Below are positions 41,350 through 55,690 of a DNA stretch of 64,000 bases, in pieces. The stretch is taken from the NCBI RefSeq assembly GCF_009914755.1, contig NC_060944.1; one strand, written 5' to 3'. Below the pieces are notes generated by a model. The model saw only the letters and a program-made list of their open reading frames with translations, had not been told where the DNA came from and ran no database searches. Position numbers and translations under genes: made by a program. The DNA is from the human T2T-CHM13v2.0 reference genome, Homo sapiens. Position 1 is the stretch's first letter. The number at the start of each line of letters is the position of its first letter.

Positions 41350-44300
41350 TCCTTTGATGATTAATAAAGTTTGTCACCTCATATTTTTGCTGGCAACTCA
41401 GTGTTTATTTCTGAAAAATAGTTTATCAGTAACTTCAAAAGTGGTTGTGAGAATTATAAATGGGAATAATAACAACACAGGGTGGGACAGGACTGCATGA
41501 AAGTGTCCATGTGAAAATACTTAATATGATGCAAAGCAGAGAATAAAAGCTAAATTAAAATTATGTATTATTGTTCTCATTTTATGAGATAAACAAAGAA
41601 TAAGTGCAAAATATGATGGAAACTTTGGCACTAAATATTCCACTTGAAGAAATCCAGAAGCAGTGATGGGTGAAAACAAAGAAAAGATGAATCACTTTGA
41701 TAGAACAAATAGGAACAAAAATGGCACTGGAACAGAAATAAATGAATCAAAATAACTTCAGAGGCTGCACCCTTTTTATTTCAAATTATAAATTCAGTGT
41801 TGAACATCAAGTAAGAGTCAAAATAATGACATTAAATAAAGCTTCATCTTTAACAGCTTCTATGCACTTTAGTTTTCATTATTGACATATCTTATTGAAC
41901 TAGATATTTTCATCTTCGGCCTGTGAATTCATACTATTTGAATATAAGTAAAATGCATTTTGTTACATTCAGTACAATTCATCTGTGGCTTATTTTTACA
42001 ATTTATCATCATTAAGTATCTGTTGAGTCATTAAGTGGAGTCTGGCCCGAATTAGGCCAACCCAATGCATAGGTAGAAGAAACAGGAATCAGCATGGTGG
42101 AATGCTAATACCAAAACTTTGTATCTGATCACAACATTAAAGGACAAGGAGAATTTAATGGAGTCAAAGGCAAAACAGATGTATCAAGCCACTAAAATAA
42201 TAGCAATAAAAGAACAGACACAATATTGCACATGTTAGGTGCAAGGAATGATGCAGTCTAGAAATACAGCTGTGTAATAGGTAAGTGGAGGGATGAAGCC
42301 TGCAAAGGTATAAGGGAGCAAGATTATGAGGGATCTTGACTTCATGCTGAATTTGTTCTGTAGCCTTTAGGGACTTGTGAAATGATTCTGAATTGAGAAA
42401 TGAGGAATGACACGTACGTATTCTGGTAAGGTTACTTTGGGAATCTTGCACATAATAGATGAAGCGGCCCTTGGGTTAGGAATGACAAAGTTTTAAAGAC
42501 TGCCAGAGAAGAGTGGGTATTTTATGCATAGATTTTTTTATGTATACACAGATTCTCTTTCTTGGCATCTCCACTCCAACCTAATCTAAATGAGGAATCA
42601 TCAGCACCATATTAAGAGAGTAATTAAATGAAAGCATAATAATTAACATATATCCATATTTTTAATGCCCTTAAAATAGAAAAAAGCAATCTTCCAAATA
42701 ATATATACATTTAATGGGTCTCCTTACACTATTCTTTTGTCAACTCTTTGTATTACTATAATTTATTCATTCAAAAAATATATATATTTTTAAATCTCTT
42801 ACTATGTTTTAGGCACAGTTCTAGCACTGGAATGTAGCAGTATACACAACAGACTGAAAAACCTCAAGAAATTTAGTGATAATCCAAAAAATAACTTTCC
42901 CCCCCAAAATTCACAGCAACTTCATTATGTATTTACTTTCTCCTTCCCTTTGTCAAGGACAACTACAGCTAAACATACCCATTATTGTAATATACAACCT
43001 GCATTAGGCTTGGCAACTACCATAGGCCAAGAGACACCTGTCTCATAGAGATAAGTGGCCATTATGATTTAGCATAACTCTGCTAACTGTAAAATGCTAA
43101 ATAAACATTAATGTGTCTCTGTAATTCAGTAAGTGAAGCCTATATTTTATGGATAGAATTTAATTCATGTTCAAAACTGCTTTAATTTTTCACATCATGA
43201 GAGCTTTTGACATTGCACAGTTCATTTTCCCAAAAAGGACAGTGAGTCCTTAAAATAATTATTTAACTAACCTCTGAGTGAACTGGCTCTGCTGTCACTG
43301 CTAAAATTTGGATGTACTCATTGTATTAATAGGTTTTGGCTCATTTCTGCTTCTTCCATCTTTGAAGACTAGATCTTTTTCTCAGTGGGCTACATTGTGA
43401 AAAGATAAAAGGCATTTTTAAAAATAAATCCCACTGTTACTTCTATTATTTCCTCTTAGAATTTCATTCTGGAATCTAACATAGTTAAATCATAAAATAG
43501 ATGGCATTGAAGATGCTTCATCATTGTGAGAAATTCCCTTATATAATGTTTAGCTGGCTCACACTGTTAAAACTGTCTGATATTTTATCTCAGTCCCAGA
43601 AAAGTTCCCAGGATTAGAAGCAAATACAGTAGAGGCTTTTCTTCAACTGATCATTAAAATTCAAAATGTTTACTACTAACGTGTTTGCAAATTTGTATTT
43701 GAAAATCATATTTGGACATGTTTTGATCTTATTTGAACTATGACCTCTGTGTATTATAAATCTTGCTTTGAAAACCCATTGTTATTGTTACATATTTTCT
43801 GCTGCTTTGATAAATGTAATTCCTCACTTCAATAAGGCAAATTCCTGCCAGAATATCAAGATTCACAAGTTGCCCAAAACACTATAATTTCACCGAAATA
43901 AAGCAAAACGTTTCAGAATAGCCATCTGGAACAAATCCAGAATTTAAGAAATATTCTTAACTTGGATGAGCAAAATTTCTGTGCAATAGGGTTCTGTTCC
44001 ATTGTATTTATAGGTTTTACAGATGCCTTCACATATGTTCTTTTCCTCTGAGAAAACATGAAGAAAGCTAAATATCTATAGAAATTCCTGAGAAAGTATG
44101 TTTTAAGGAAAACTGTCTATGTGGAGAGAAAAAAAATAAAAATAAAATGAACAGATTTTTGTTTTTCTCAACACTGACTAGTTTCCTTGAAAAGGTTCCA
44201 GTAGGGGAAATCATAAAATAAAATTACAAATAAGGTAGCTTGCTAAAATTATTATGCATGAAAAACTTCCTCTACAGTGTGTTCCAGATGAAAGGAATTT

Positions 44301-44588
44301 ATATCCATATTTCAGTGTTAGTCATATCTTCACTACATAATTCGTCCCGTTCCATTATGTATTCCACTACCTTCCCATGAGATCCTGAATCTTTTTATAC
44401 ACCAGAACTCCAAGATTTTATTTGCAGTATTGGCTTAATTTTTTTAAACATATGAATAAGATGTTTTGTATGCATTTTTATTTTTAACACCACGCTGAGT
44501 ATATTCCAGGCACACCATGTCTATATGAGAAGGTTACATAAAAAAAAAAAAAAAATCACATGGTCATGCTTAAAGAAATGAAATGCAG

Positions 44589-44700
44589 AGTTTACTTCTC
44601 ACTCTACTGAAGGTCAAAGTTTATTTCTCACTTTACTGTAGTTCAAAGTTTAAACTTCTCACTCTGCTGATGTTCTAAATTTATTTCTCACTTTACTGAA
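44589..44700. repeat. 29-bp minisatellite, ~4 units in A-B-A-B arrangement
   Basis: agtttacttctcactctactgaaggtcaa / agtttatttctcactttactgtagttcaa / variants. Confidence 0.9.
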
Positions 44701-45971
44701 CACTGCAAGATATAAACAAATCTCTTTAAAAATAAACCACCAAGAGTGTATTGGAGATGAGTGTCCACTGTGTTATTTCTTTGAGTGAAAATCAATCATG
44801 TGACTAGAGCTACACGGACTTTAAAAACAAGCTGATTGAACGTGGCGTTTAAAATATCTGAAAAATATAAAGGCATGCATATTTTAACCTTGGCTTTGGA
44901 TGTTAAGAGTGAGCCCAAATCATCCTAATTGTGGTTGACTGAAGCTATCAGGATGGTATTCCACAGTTTACGACTCCTGCCAGGCCACAGTATTTCCAGG
45001 CTCCAAGGTCAGCAATCATCCCATACTTGTTCCCACAGCACCCGTCATTGGAGGAGGGTGTAGAGAGACTTATGCCCCTTTTTTACTTCTGAGAGCTAAA
45101 ACGTTGCCTGTGCAACTGCATCACATGAGACAGACCTTCAGAGTCGCTGTTTCCCCGTATGGAAACCAAGGAAAGAAAGCCATCAAATGATTCTGTAACT
45201 AAAGAGAACAAATTTAAAGAAAATAATTTCCTTCCACTGGGATATAAAATTTTATAAGAAATAATAAGATTTAAGTAGAAAAATATTTTCTATTTTTAAC
45301 TGGCTACATACACAGGAAAATTCAGTGAATAGATTGCAGACACATTATTTTAGAAGTTTTAAAGAGCATAGCTCAAAAATATATTTGTGAATTCTTTTCA
45401 AAATTCTTTTATTTCTCATAGAAAACTTTATATGCTACTTGATGTTTATTTTATACTGCTTTCTTCTTATTTTCTAAGGATGTGAACTCTTTTAATAAAA
45501 ATGAAGGACAAGTAAATTTGTCATTCTTATATGTTAAACTTACATGTTAAACTTTAAATATGAAAAAAATTTCCTTTATTTACAGTAAGATAAGTTAATG
45601 TTTTTAGCATGTCTACTAAGTGCTAGGCACTGGGTTGTAGAAATTCATATCAAAATTTTTTTCATTAGAGTGAGGAAATGGATGAGAAAGTATATAAATA
45701 ATAAGAGGTAGGATGTGGTTATTGCAAATAGCTGGCATAGACAATACATAAAATGAAAATTTAAAGGAGATAAATTACTTGAGGTTAGGCACGCAGGGAG
45801 GGTTTTATGGGAAAGTAAAGAATGAAATAATATTCTAAAGTGGAAAAACATTCATTCATTCCACAAACTTCCTAAAAGTACCTTATGTACGCAAGGAAAT
45901 TCTCAATCTTCTGTGGGAACAATAGTAAACACGTATGGCTGTGGCCTGAAGACACTTAGAGTTTGGTAGGT

Positions 45972-46432
45972 TCATCAGTTGTTTATTGCCAGACAATGCT
46001 GCATTATGATAATCATAAAACCTTGGTGGCGTACAACTAGAAACATTTATTTAGTTCACAAGTTCATGGTTTTGATGATCTTGGCTGGACTCACTTGCTC
46101 CCACCTGGGCTTGTTCCTGTGTCTGAGGTCAGCTATGGGTTGCTAAGGTTGCTCTGTGGGTCTTGGTGGGGTCTGCTTATATGGATTGGGGCAGAGGGCA
46201 GAAGGGAGCTGGCAGTTGCCAGACGCCCTGGGTTGACAAAACTTTGGCATATTTCATCTGTCAGCAGGAATTTTTCTACTTATGTCACTTTGACTAACAT
46301 CCCATTGGTCAAAACAAGTGACACGGTCATGTCCAGTGTCAGAATAAGAAGATACAGCAAGATTAACAAGGCAAAGAGCATGGGTACTGAAGGGGGCAAA
46401 GCACTGGGGCCTTTGATGAAATCTCTCTACCA
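45972..46432 (-). mobile_element. MLT1 (J-like) LTR
   Basis: acaatgctgcat...aacatttattt...ttggctggactcac...aacatcccattggtcaaaacaagt. Confidence 0.7.
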
Positions 46433-47419
46433 AAGCGACGGAAATGCGAACTACAAGCTTTGTTTGCTTAAGGAAGGGATACATTCACTTGGGATTTAAG
46501 AGTAGAATCAGGATAAATTCAATCTGTGGTGGGTTTGTGAAAAAATTTTCAAAGTAAATATAATTTGAGTAGGATTTTGAAGAAAGGATTCGATGTGAGA
46601 AAATTTCTATAGATTTAGTGGAGCAAAGACACAGAAAGCAGGTCAGAAAGCAGTCAGCCAAGCCAGGTGACAAAAGAGACACCAATTTGACTCCAGCCTT
46701 AGGTTAGGGTAGTGAAAAATCTTGAGAACAAGATTTCCAACACAGACTCAAGTGAGAGTTTAATTTTTTTGGAATGCTTAGCTAAGGAGTCTGGATTTTA
46801 TTTGTAGGCAACAGGAGTCTTAAAAATTTGCAAACAGAGGTATGCCTTTTCTCAGGATAGCTGATATCCAAAGGGGAACTTGTGTTCAGCTATATAAATT
46901 TGCTACTACTTATGCTCAAAGTATTTATTAGCCCTAACCAGAGCATCCCCACTGCATGGAATTTCTTTAATAATGATATAAGCTGAGGTGGAAAGAGTTA
47001 AGATGTTAATGGACACTGATGCATGCAATTTTGAAAATGACTTCTGGAGTAAGTTGTGGCTCATTCTTGTTTCATACACTGATTTTGCAAAGTCTTGAAA
47101 TGTTTTTAGGGCAAATAGAAAAAATTAAGACTACTCCAGATAAATAGGAATTATGGTTCCTAGTTAAAAAGTAGGAACTGGAACAAAATACAAAGGAATT
47201 TTAGAATAAGATATACTTTCTTACGTGATATACAATCTAATGGGAAGAGAAAGCATAGTGTTAAAATATGTTACAACAATTTTATGTGACAGAGGTGCTT
47301 GAAAGAGTTTTGGGATCACTAATAAGAGAGGTCTTATGGGATTAAATTTTTAGTGAACTACATAGTAATTTCATTTATACTTATTCTAGGACAGCCTAGG
47401 ACAGAACTGTTTGAATTAT

Positions 47420-47907
47420 AGAGTAGATGCCATCGGTACCCTGTCTACAACCTTCAGATCTTATCGCTTCTGTGTCCACTGGCCTACTTTCAGCTGCAGG
47501 TATCTGCATCGCTTTGCTGGAGAATGTTATCCAAAGCTGCTGATGTCCTTTCTGCTTCACTGCCCATGTACATGGAGGTCTGAAAATGACAAGGAAATAA
47601 TACCCACAGAGAGAATCCTCAATCTATGATTGAAGGAATTGGCATGTAATAAATGCCTTGCTCCTCAATTGGGGTAACTCTTGGGTGTGTGTTCTACACT
47701 GTCTCTTAGAGTTCCCCAGCAAGATTGATTTTTAGTAAACTCACAATGGTTACTTGCCGGATAGCACACCATTTATTGACTCCCTTCTCCTCCATGTCTC
47801 ACTTCCCCACTTCCGTATGGGTACCTCCTGGATCACCTCCCAGATAAGCTTCTTGCAGCCAAATGCTTATATTGGAGTCTGCTAATGCAGGAACCCAAAT
47901 GAAGACA
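47420..47907 (+). mobile_element. LTR16-family ERVL LTR
   Basis: tgtctcacttccccactt...ggatcacctcccagataa...gaacccaaatgaagaca end. Confidence 0.8.
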
Positions 47908-50202
47908 TATGGTATACATGTAATTGATTTTGTGTTAGCCAGTCATGTCATGTTTGACTAACACTGAAAATGATGCATGTGTATATACAGAAGTGATGGG
48001 AATGACTAGAGAACTACTGAAACATAAAAGCTCTCCTGAGCCACACTTGTACCAGTTTTCTCTCTTGAGATGCTTAAGGCTCCACTTTACCTTCACCAAC
48101 AAATTAGCCTAACATTATCTTTTATGGTCAATGATATTCCATTCTAGCTCATTCTAATACAATTAGAGCCTACTGAAAGTGATTTTTTAAATGTAGAGAG
48201 ATTTATTTGGAAAAAATACAATTCCATTTACATTACTTTTGTTGTCTAGGCAGTACAAAACTTAAGATGGGACATGATAACCAGAGATGTGTTCCATAAT
48301 TGGTGATGAGAGACAGCCACTAGCATAAGTGAAAGACCATTTTCACTTGGTCTTTCACTTAGGACTCATTTTGTAGTCCCTCTCTTTCAGCCACGAAATT
48401 TCCAGAAAGAATCACAAATTTGATTTTATAAGAATGATCTCAAGGGACGCTTAGTAACACCTATTTTTATATTTTTTTTGTGAAGTAACAATAATTCCCT
48501 CATCTCATGTTAAAATCAGGAGAAGTAAAGGCAGGAGCTACTACAGGGTCATATATGAGAAGCTTATTCATTGGTCGTAGTTAATTATCTTCTCGATTCC
48601 TAATTACGTAACTGGAAGAAAATAGCCTTTTAGTCCAAGAATCAAAGCTGCTGTGGTTTTTCTCAAAATGAAAGCCCTTATTAAGACAAAATACAATGAA
48701 TTAAAAATTTTCCCAATTTTAACCCCATAAAATTATATTCCCAAATTGTGTTTATTTACCAAGTCAATTCACACTTTCCAAGTCAGTTTGTTTCTAGCTC
48801 CTTGCAGCTTCCTTATCACAAGCACATACAAGAGTAATGAGTAATGTACAGACCTGGAAAATGGACCGCCCATTAAAACAACCAGGATAAATAAGAAAGT
48901 ATGACCCTGTCCTCAAAGGCAGGACTGAAGAGATGACACATTAAAAAGTACAACGACTTCCTTTCTATCCCTGGAACATCAAGAGTACTTCTGTCAAAAA
49001 TTGATCTGGTATCCTCCTTAGCTGTAAAATATAATGCCTACATTAAATCAAGATATGAAAAAAACAATTTTAAAACATTAGTAATTCTTATGCAGCATAA
49101 CCTAATTAAACAAATTACTTTTAGAAGTGAGCAGTGTCTGTCAGATGTCCAATTTTTAAAGTTGCTATTACTAGTTCCATTTCATAGATAATGAAATTGA
49201 GAAGTTACGAAACTCTCCCGAAGCTTGTATTTCTGGATCTAGAAACGATGTCATTAACCATCATATGATAGCTAAAAAGAAACAGGTCCAGGAAGAATGT
49301 AAGATACCATCTGTTAATTTGAAAAGGAGATGAAGAGATTGGGAACATGAGGTACTGCCCCGCTGGGCTACAGTAACTCCTTTGAACAGAGAATAAGCCA
49401 GTCTTAATTTCATTAGATTAGCTTCAGTTATTCGTAATTTATGGTACACTGTTAAATTTATGAAAAGAATAAAAATTCAAAACAGACATTGCCTTTGAAA
49501 ATACATGAAGTATTTTTTTTCATGTCATTTGTTATGTCTTTGTCCTATGGCCAATTATATATATTTAGGGAGAAACAAACAAGTGAGGGAAATCTCATTC
49601 CAGAAACTTTCTACTCAGTTACTTTTCAACCTTTCATTATGTAAGGTCCATCTTGAAAGCAAAACATCATCTGATCATATGAGAGTTTTCACGTTAATGA
49701 AAATGACTGTGATAATATCTAACTAATCATCAAAAGGGGCACTAGTTCTTACTTTTACCCAGTCCCATTATTTTTCTTTTTCCATTGTTTGTTTGGCTAT
49801 ATCTCGTAGATTTCATGAAAGATAAATGGCTGAGATAAAAATGTAAGCCATCAACACATTGTACATATCTTTTAGTGATGTTACTTACTTTCTGTAAGGA
49901 GCAACATACCATAGTCAAGTTGTGCCAAATCTACCGATTAAATAATGTCAAAATCTTAATAAACCCTGGTAACTTTGTCTAGTAGTAAATACACACTCAT
50001 CAAAGAATGAAAAATGTTAAAGTCATTAAAATAGGAACAATTTCATAGAACTTCTCTCCTGGTACCCTTGGTGACAGGGAGACCAGTTGGTCACAAAGAT
50101 AAGGTATTCACCTAAGATTAAGCCGTAAAATCCACAAATAATTGAAGTCCAACAAACCAGACACTGGGACTGAACCTATTAGTGGTACTTGACATATAAC
50201 AT

Positions 50203-50720
50203 GGGTCTTAGATTGTGTTCTCCAGAAGCAAACCGTGAGACCAGGGTACATGTGCAAATGATTTATTAAGTGGGTGTTCCCAGAAGAAACTGGTTAGGAA
50301 GAGGCAGAAAGAGAGTAGGGAAGGGGAGGAAGTTAAGCAAAGGTATAATTTCAAGTGAAGTGCCAACCTTCACTTGAAGGTACCCTGATCCCAAGGGTAC
50401 CTCTAAAGCTTAAGTTGTATGGTGGAGTTGGCCCCGCTTCAAGACAAAGGAAGCGGAGTTGTTTTGTTTGTTTGTTTGTTTGTTTTTACTCCAGTGGCAG
50501 TCAGTTATTGGCTACAGATTGCCTCTAGGGAGACGTGAAAACCTAAGTATTTCTGACACCTTAAGAACCTGATGAAATAGCCTTATGGTGGTCCTTTCAA
50601 GAAGGTTATAGGTGTGAGTTGTTAGGAGTGAAGCACATAAAAGCAGAGAAGTAGGGACATAAAACTTGTAAAGGTTAGCCAAAGGCTTCTGGAGTTGGGG
50701 ACAGCAACAGCACCTACTAC
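50203..50720 (-). mobile_element. Old ERVL LTR (LTR16/33/40 group)
   Basis: gtcttagattgtgttctccagaagcaaaccgtgaga...tgcaaatgatttatt terminal pattern. Confidence 0.6.
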
Positions 50721-51339
50721 ATATACACGGGGTCATGATAGCACTAGTCATAATGCCAATTAATATTTGAGGTTAGTTTTGCTACATTAGCCAGCTGTCT
50801 TGGTAAAATAGAAAACCCAGTGTGGCCGTCTTATTGCAAAAAGGGCTGAATTTGCCCCACGCTGTGAGCCAGCCATAGTTTGATGATCTCTGATCAAGAT
50901 TAATGGTAAAAAATAAACTTGCTACACAATGGGTACCACTGTTAACACTGAATTCCAGGATTTGCTGCCTAAGCTAAACAAGGCAAATCTACCGTGTGAC
51001 CCCATTGATGAAGTGTTGCCCATAGCACCAAAAATAGAAATTCAATCCATAAAAGTCAAAGTAATTCTTTTTTTCTTTTTAAAGTTTTCTGTTCCCATTA
51101 ACTCAGCATTTCCCTGCACTTTCAACAAGACAATTTGCAGAAGAAAGAAAACCTCTAAACTAAAAAGGGAAACAGAATTAAATACGCATGTTTCTACTGT
51201 AGGACTTCTTACTAGTATTAACGCACATTGTAAATCCCCAAGAAGGGTGATACTAAATACAAAATTGTATTATCCCCAAGAAGGGTGATACTAAATACAA
51301 AAAAGTCAGAGTAGAAAGAAATTTTAAGTTCTGACAATT

Positions 51340-52330
51340 TTTTAAAAACCCTAGATCAAACACCATTCTAAATGGAGAAACATTTAAAATATTATTTTCA
51401 AAATTAATTCTGAGGACTTCTTCTATCATTACTTTTACTTATTGTATTAGAAGTCTTGGCCAGTATAATAAGAGAAGAGAAAGAAATGAGAAACATAAGA
51501 ATTTGAAGCAGGAATTACAGTACATCTCTCATTAGTTGCACGGGATGGTTGTTGACATGGAAAGCATTGTGAACTCACAGACAGATTATTAGATTTAATA
51601 GAATTTATTAAGTTGGTTAGTTATGAGATTAATAATAAAAAGTCATTTATATATTTTTATATTAATAATAGTGCAAACTATTAGACAACATGAAGAAAAA
51701 TATACCACATCTTATAAGAGAATAAATCTAATAGAAGATATGCATGACCTCAATGGAGAAATTATAAAGTTATATTCATAGATATTAAAGAAGACATAAA
51801 TAAATGAAGATTTTCAAGATTAAGAAGAGTAATATTATAAGTATTCTATTTTTTCCCCAATTCACTTACAGAGTCCATGCATTTCCAATCAACATACCAA
51901 CAGAATTCTACTTGGAAATTGACAAGATAATGGTACAATTTTAACAGGGAAATATAATAGGCCAGGAATAGTCAGAATCCTTTTGAAGAAGTAAGCAAAA
52001 AGAGAAGATGAGCTGTACCAGGAATCCAGACATATTATTTAAAAAATGGAATTTAGGACAGGAAGGTAATGGGATAGTGGGATAAATATTAATCAAAGGA
52101 ATTGACAGAAGCACAGTTCCCAGTAAATAATGAACTTTGGTTCATAGCAGAAGAGAAATGGATAGACTGTTCAATAATACTCACAGAACTACAGAAAGTG
52201 GTTAGCAATTTGGAAAACAATGCAGTTGGATTTTATATTCCACATCATATTAAAAAATAAACTCCTGTCAAATTAAAGTCTTAAAGGTTTTTAAAATTTA
52301 GAAAATATAGATACATATCTAGAATCAGGA
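51340..52330 (+). mobile_element. Ancient L1M ORF2 fragments
   Basis: tattagaagtcttggccagtataataaga...gaataaatctaa...ggaaattgacaag. Confidence 0.7.
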
Positions 52331-54393
52331 AAAGAAAACCAAGAAAAATTATGAATATAGGATTCAGGATGATGGTTATCTACGGCGATAAGTGGTAAGA
52401 ATGGGACGGGAAGGAACCATATTTACGTAGGTTGTTATCAAAATTTTAGCTTTTTTGTTGGACAGTTGGCTGATGAGTGTATATTATTTAAGATAATAAA
52501 TTAAATAACAAAATAAAACCACAAAAGCATGTTATATATGAGAGTATCACAAACTCAGGGTTGTAATTAATCCGTTTATGTAAAACTAAGGTCCTAATTC
52601 ATAAACATACTATTGTTTTTAACATATTAATGCTCCACAATTCAGTATACATGAGAAAAGAAACATCATAACATAATGGCTTTTAGCACGGACATTGGGG
52701 TTAGAGACACATGGGTTGACATCCTGAATTTGCTCTTTAAAGCTAACTGGCTCTGCAAAGTTTGTTAATAATTTTAAAGCCTCAATTTCTTCATCTGTAA
52801 AAAAAAAATAAACAATACCTTACTTGGCTTGGTTTTGAGGTTTTAAAACAAGAACATAAAATCATTGTTGCCAGTGATTCCCAATATTTCACAAAAGCTT
52901 TTCAAATAGAAGAGGAGAGTCTGCATAGGCATCTCTGGGTAGAAGTAAAAGGAATCTTCCACAAGCATAAGCTATCTTTAGACTCTGTTCTACCTCTCTC
53001 AAATTTCATGCTAACTTTGACTATTTTAAAGTTCTCTTTCTAAAATGTTTTAAATCTCTTATCATGGGTGGAAATAGGGAAAAATAAAACTAAGAGAAGA
53101 CACAGTGATCCTCAGTTTGTGAACTTGTGTGTGCGTGTGTGAGAGTGCACGTGCTGTAGCAGGGAGGTCCCAATTTACACTTGGCTCCGGGGGTGAGGGG
53201 CCACAAGCTAAAAATGTGAATCATCAGGACAGTGCCGCCTTCTGGAAAGGTGGAAATGTCTTTAGCATATCTAAAGGCAGGTGTGTTCAGTTGGGCTATT
53301 GAATCATGCTTTGAAGTTTGCTGGGATTCTAATGAACTCTCAGAGGACCAAAAAAGAAAGTAATCAATTCTCCATGTCTTACTAGAATAGATAAGAAAAG
53401 ATGTTTTAAATTTTGTAAAAGGTAGGTACATGCAGTTCATCACTTCCATGGTGACAGGGCCTTTGAGGAGCAGGGCTGGCTTCCATGGGTGGAATCATTG
53501 GAGGTCCCAAATTAAGAGGTCATGTATTCAATATTCAATATGAATATAAACAGAGTAATAGATCCTTGCTGGCCCAAAATGATCCTAGTCACAGCATGTC
53601 TCAGCAGAAAGAATGGAGGAGATCTCAAAAATGGATGCATTTTGCATCAAGGAAAAACAGTAGCAAGAGCCAAGTTAGAGCTTAAGTCACCACAATTCCT
53701 ACCCACCAGGAGTGTAAGTCTGAAATCCACTTTATGGATTACCAAATTCTTTCAACCAAATTCATCAATGCTGTGATGTGAAGACAGCTTGAAGTCACAG
53801 GAATTTCACATTGGATCTCCATGGGAGAAGACTTAAAACAAATTCTAATTTAATTTTAGCAAGAAATTAAAATGATACTCCTTGTACTCACATTTTCATG
53901 GAACAATTTATATCTGTTTCTATTATGTTAATATAGGAGAAATAATGTTGAATCAAGTCTTGCCATGTCAGAAGATTGGGCTAAACTGAAGAGAGCTGAT
54001 ACACAGGCAATGTCTTTTTTCCATTTTCATAATCCAATTTGTAAGAATTCAGACTTGCCCAAACAGAGCATTGGGACCAATTTTATATAAAAAGACATAA
54101 TTTAGAGTAGTAACAAAATCTGTTAAGTACCTAAGAATAAATGTGAAAAAGCTGTGTAAGTCCTTTTGGGGGAAAAATTATTTAAACAAGTTGGTAAAGG
54201 AACAAAAGAAAGGCCTGAATAAATGGTGAGGTATATCCTAACCTGGGTGAAAGAATTCAATATAAAAGATGGCATTTCTCTCCATTCTATCCATAATAGG
54301 GAATATATTTGACAAAATTTATCAAAGAACTTGACAAACTCATTCTAGAATTAGGGAAGAGAAAAACTACAAGAGTAACCAAGACACCATTCC

Positions 54394-54697
54394 CTTTTTT
54401 TTTGTTTTTTTTTGAGACAGTGTCTCACTCTGTCCCAGGCTAGAGTGCAGTGGCACAATCTCAGCTCCCTGCAACCTCTGCCTTCCGAGTTCAAGCGTTC
54501 AGGTGACTCTCCCACCTCAGCCTCCCAAGTAGCTGAGACCACAGGCACATGCCACCATACCCAGCTAATTTTTGTAGTTTTTGGTATAGATGGGGTTTCA
54601 TCATGTTGGCCATGCTGGTCTTGAACTCCTGACTTCAAGTGATACACCCGTTTCAGCCTCCCTACTGGGATTACAGACATGAGCCATTGCACTGGGC
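54394..54697 (-). mobile_element. Alu (old S/J)
   Basis: Dimer with poly-T; small internal duplication ttcaagcg/ttcaggtg. Confidence 0.95.
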
Positions 54698-55187
54698 CCC
54701 AAAACTATTTTTTAAAAGTAGAAGAAGGAGGGGTAATTTGCCTACCAGTTACCAAGATTCATGATATACCTATAATAATTAAGAGAATGTATTTTTAAAA
54801 GATAAGGTAACAATGGTGCTCAAATAGAGAAAGACACCAAAAGCAAAAAAAGAAATAAAATCATGTATGGGGCATTGACACATGAAAGTAAAGAGACTTC
54901 AAATTTGTGGGGGCAGAATGCTGCTGGGATATTTGGTTTTCTGTATGAAACAGGATAACTTGTAATTCATATCATGAAATAAAACAAAACTTGATAAAGA
55001 TTAGCTTTAAAACAAAGTAAAACTATAAAAGTCTAGCCTAGTATCTTAACTACCTCAGAATACAGAATGATTTTTGAAAAAAGAGATAAAGAAAAAATTA
55101 AAACAATAAACAGAGATTATCATAACAAAAAACTGATATATTGAATTGCATCATAATTAAAAGCTCTGTACATACAAGAAACTGCAA

Positions 55188-55690
55188 TAGGCAAGTTCTA
55201 TGATGTGCTCCTATTATCTCTTTCTCTTGGTATTCATGACTTTAGATAATCCCCTCTGGAGTAAAACTTGCTTCTAACAAACAGAATACCTCCACGTCGA
55301 GGTCATGTCATTTCCGTGATTAGATTACAAAAGATTCTGATTACCATCTTGCTAGCACACTTTCTCCCTTGCTTACTTCACTGAAGCAAGTTACCTTGTT
55401 GCCTTGCTAACAGCCAGGCAGGAAGTAAGGCCCTCGATTCAGCATTCAATACTACCAAAACCACATAAGTGAACTTGGAAGCTGATCCTTCCTCAGTTGA
55501 TCCTTTGGTTTAGCCCCAGCCCTGAGTAATACCCTGATTGCAGCCTTGTGAAACACCCTGAAGCAGGGGAGGCCACAGCTAGGCCAAGTCAGATTCCTGA
55601 CCCACAGGAAATGTCAGATAATAAATGTGTGTAGTTTTAAGCTGCTACATTTGTGATAATTTGCTTCACAGCAGTAGATAACTCCTATAG
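55188..55690 (+). mobile_element. MLT1 (E/F-like) LTR within L1ME fragments
   Basis: tggtattcatg...cttgcttctaac...gattcctgacccacag...ttttaagctgcta. Confidence 0.8.

Noticed and set aside
44589-44700. CRISPR-like 29-bp repeats
   Set aside because: Units are contiguous with no unique spacers, no cas genes, and the DNA is primate
50929-51288. 119-aa ATG ORF with good Kozak in unique DNA
   Set aside because: No recognisable domain, no convincing splice site, runs through T-tracts and a recent duplication
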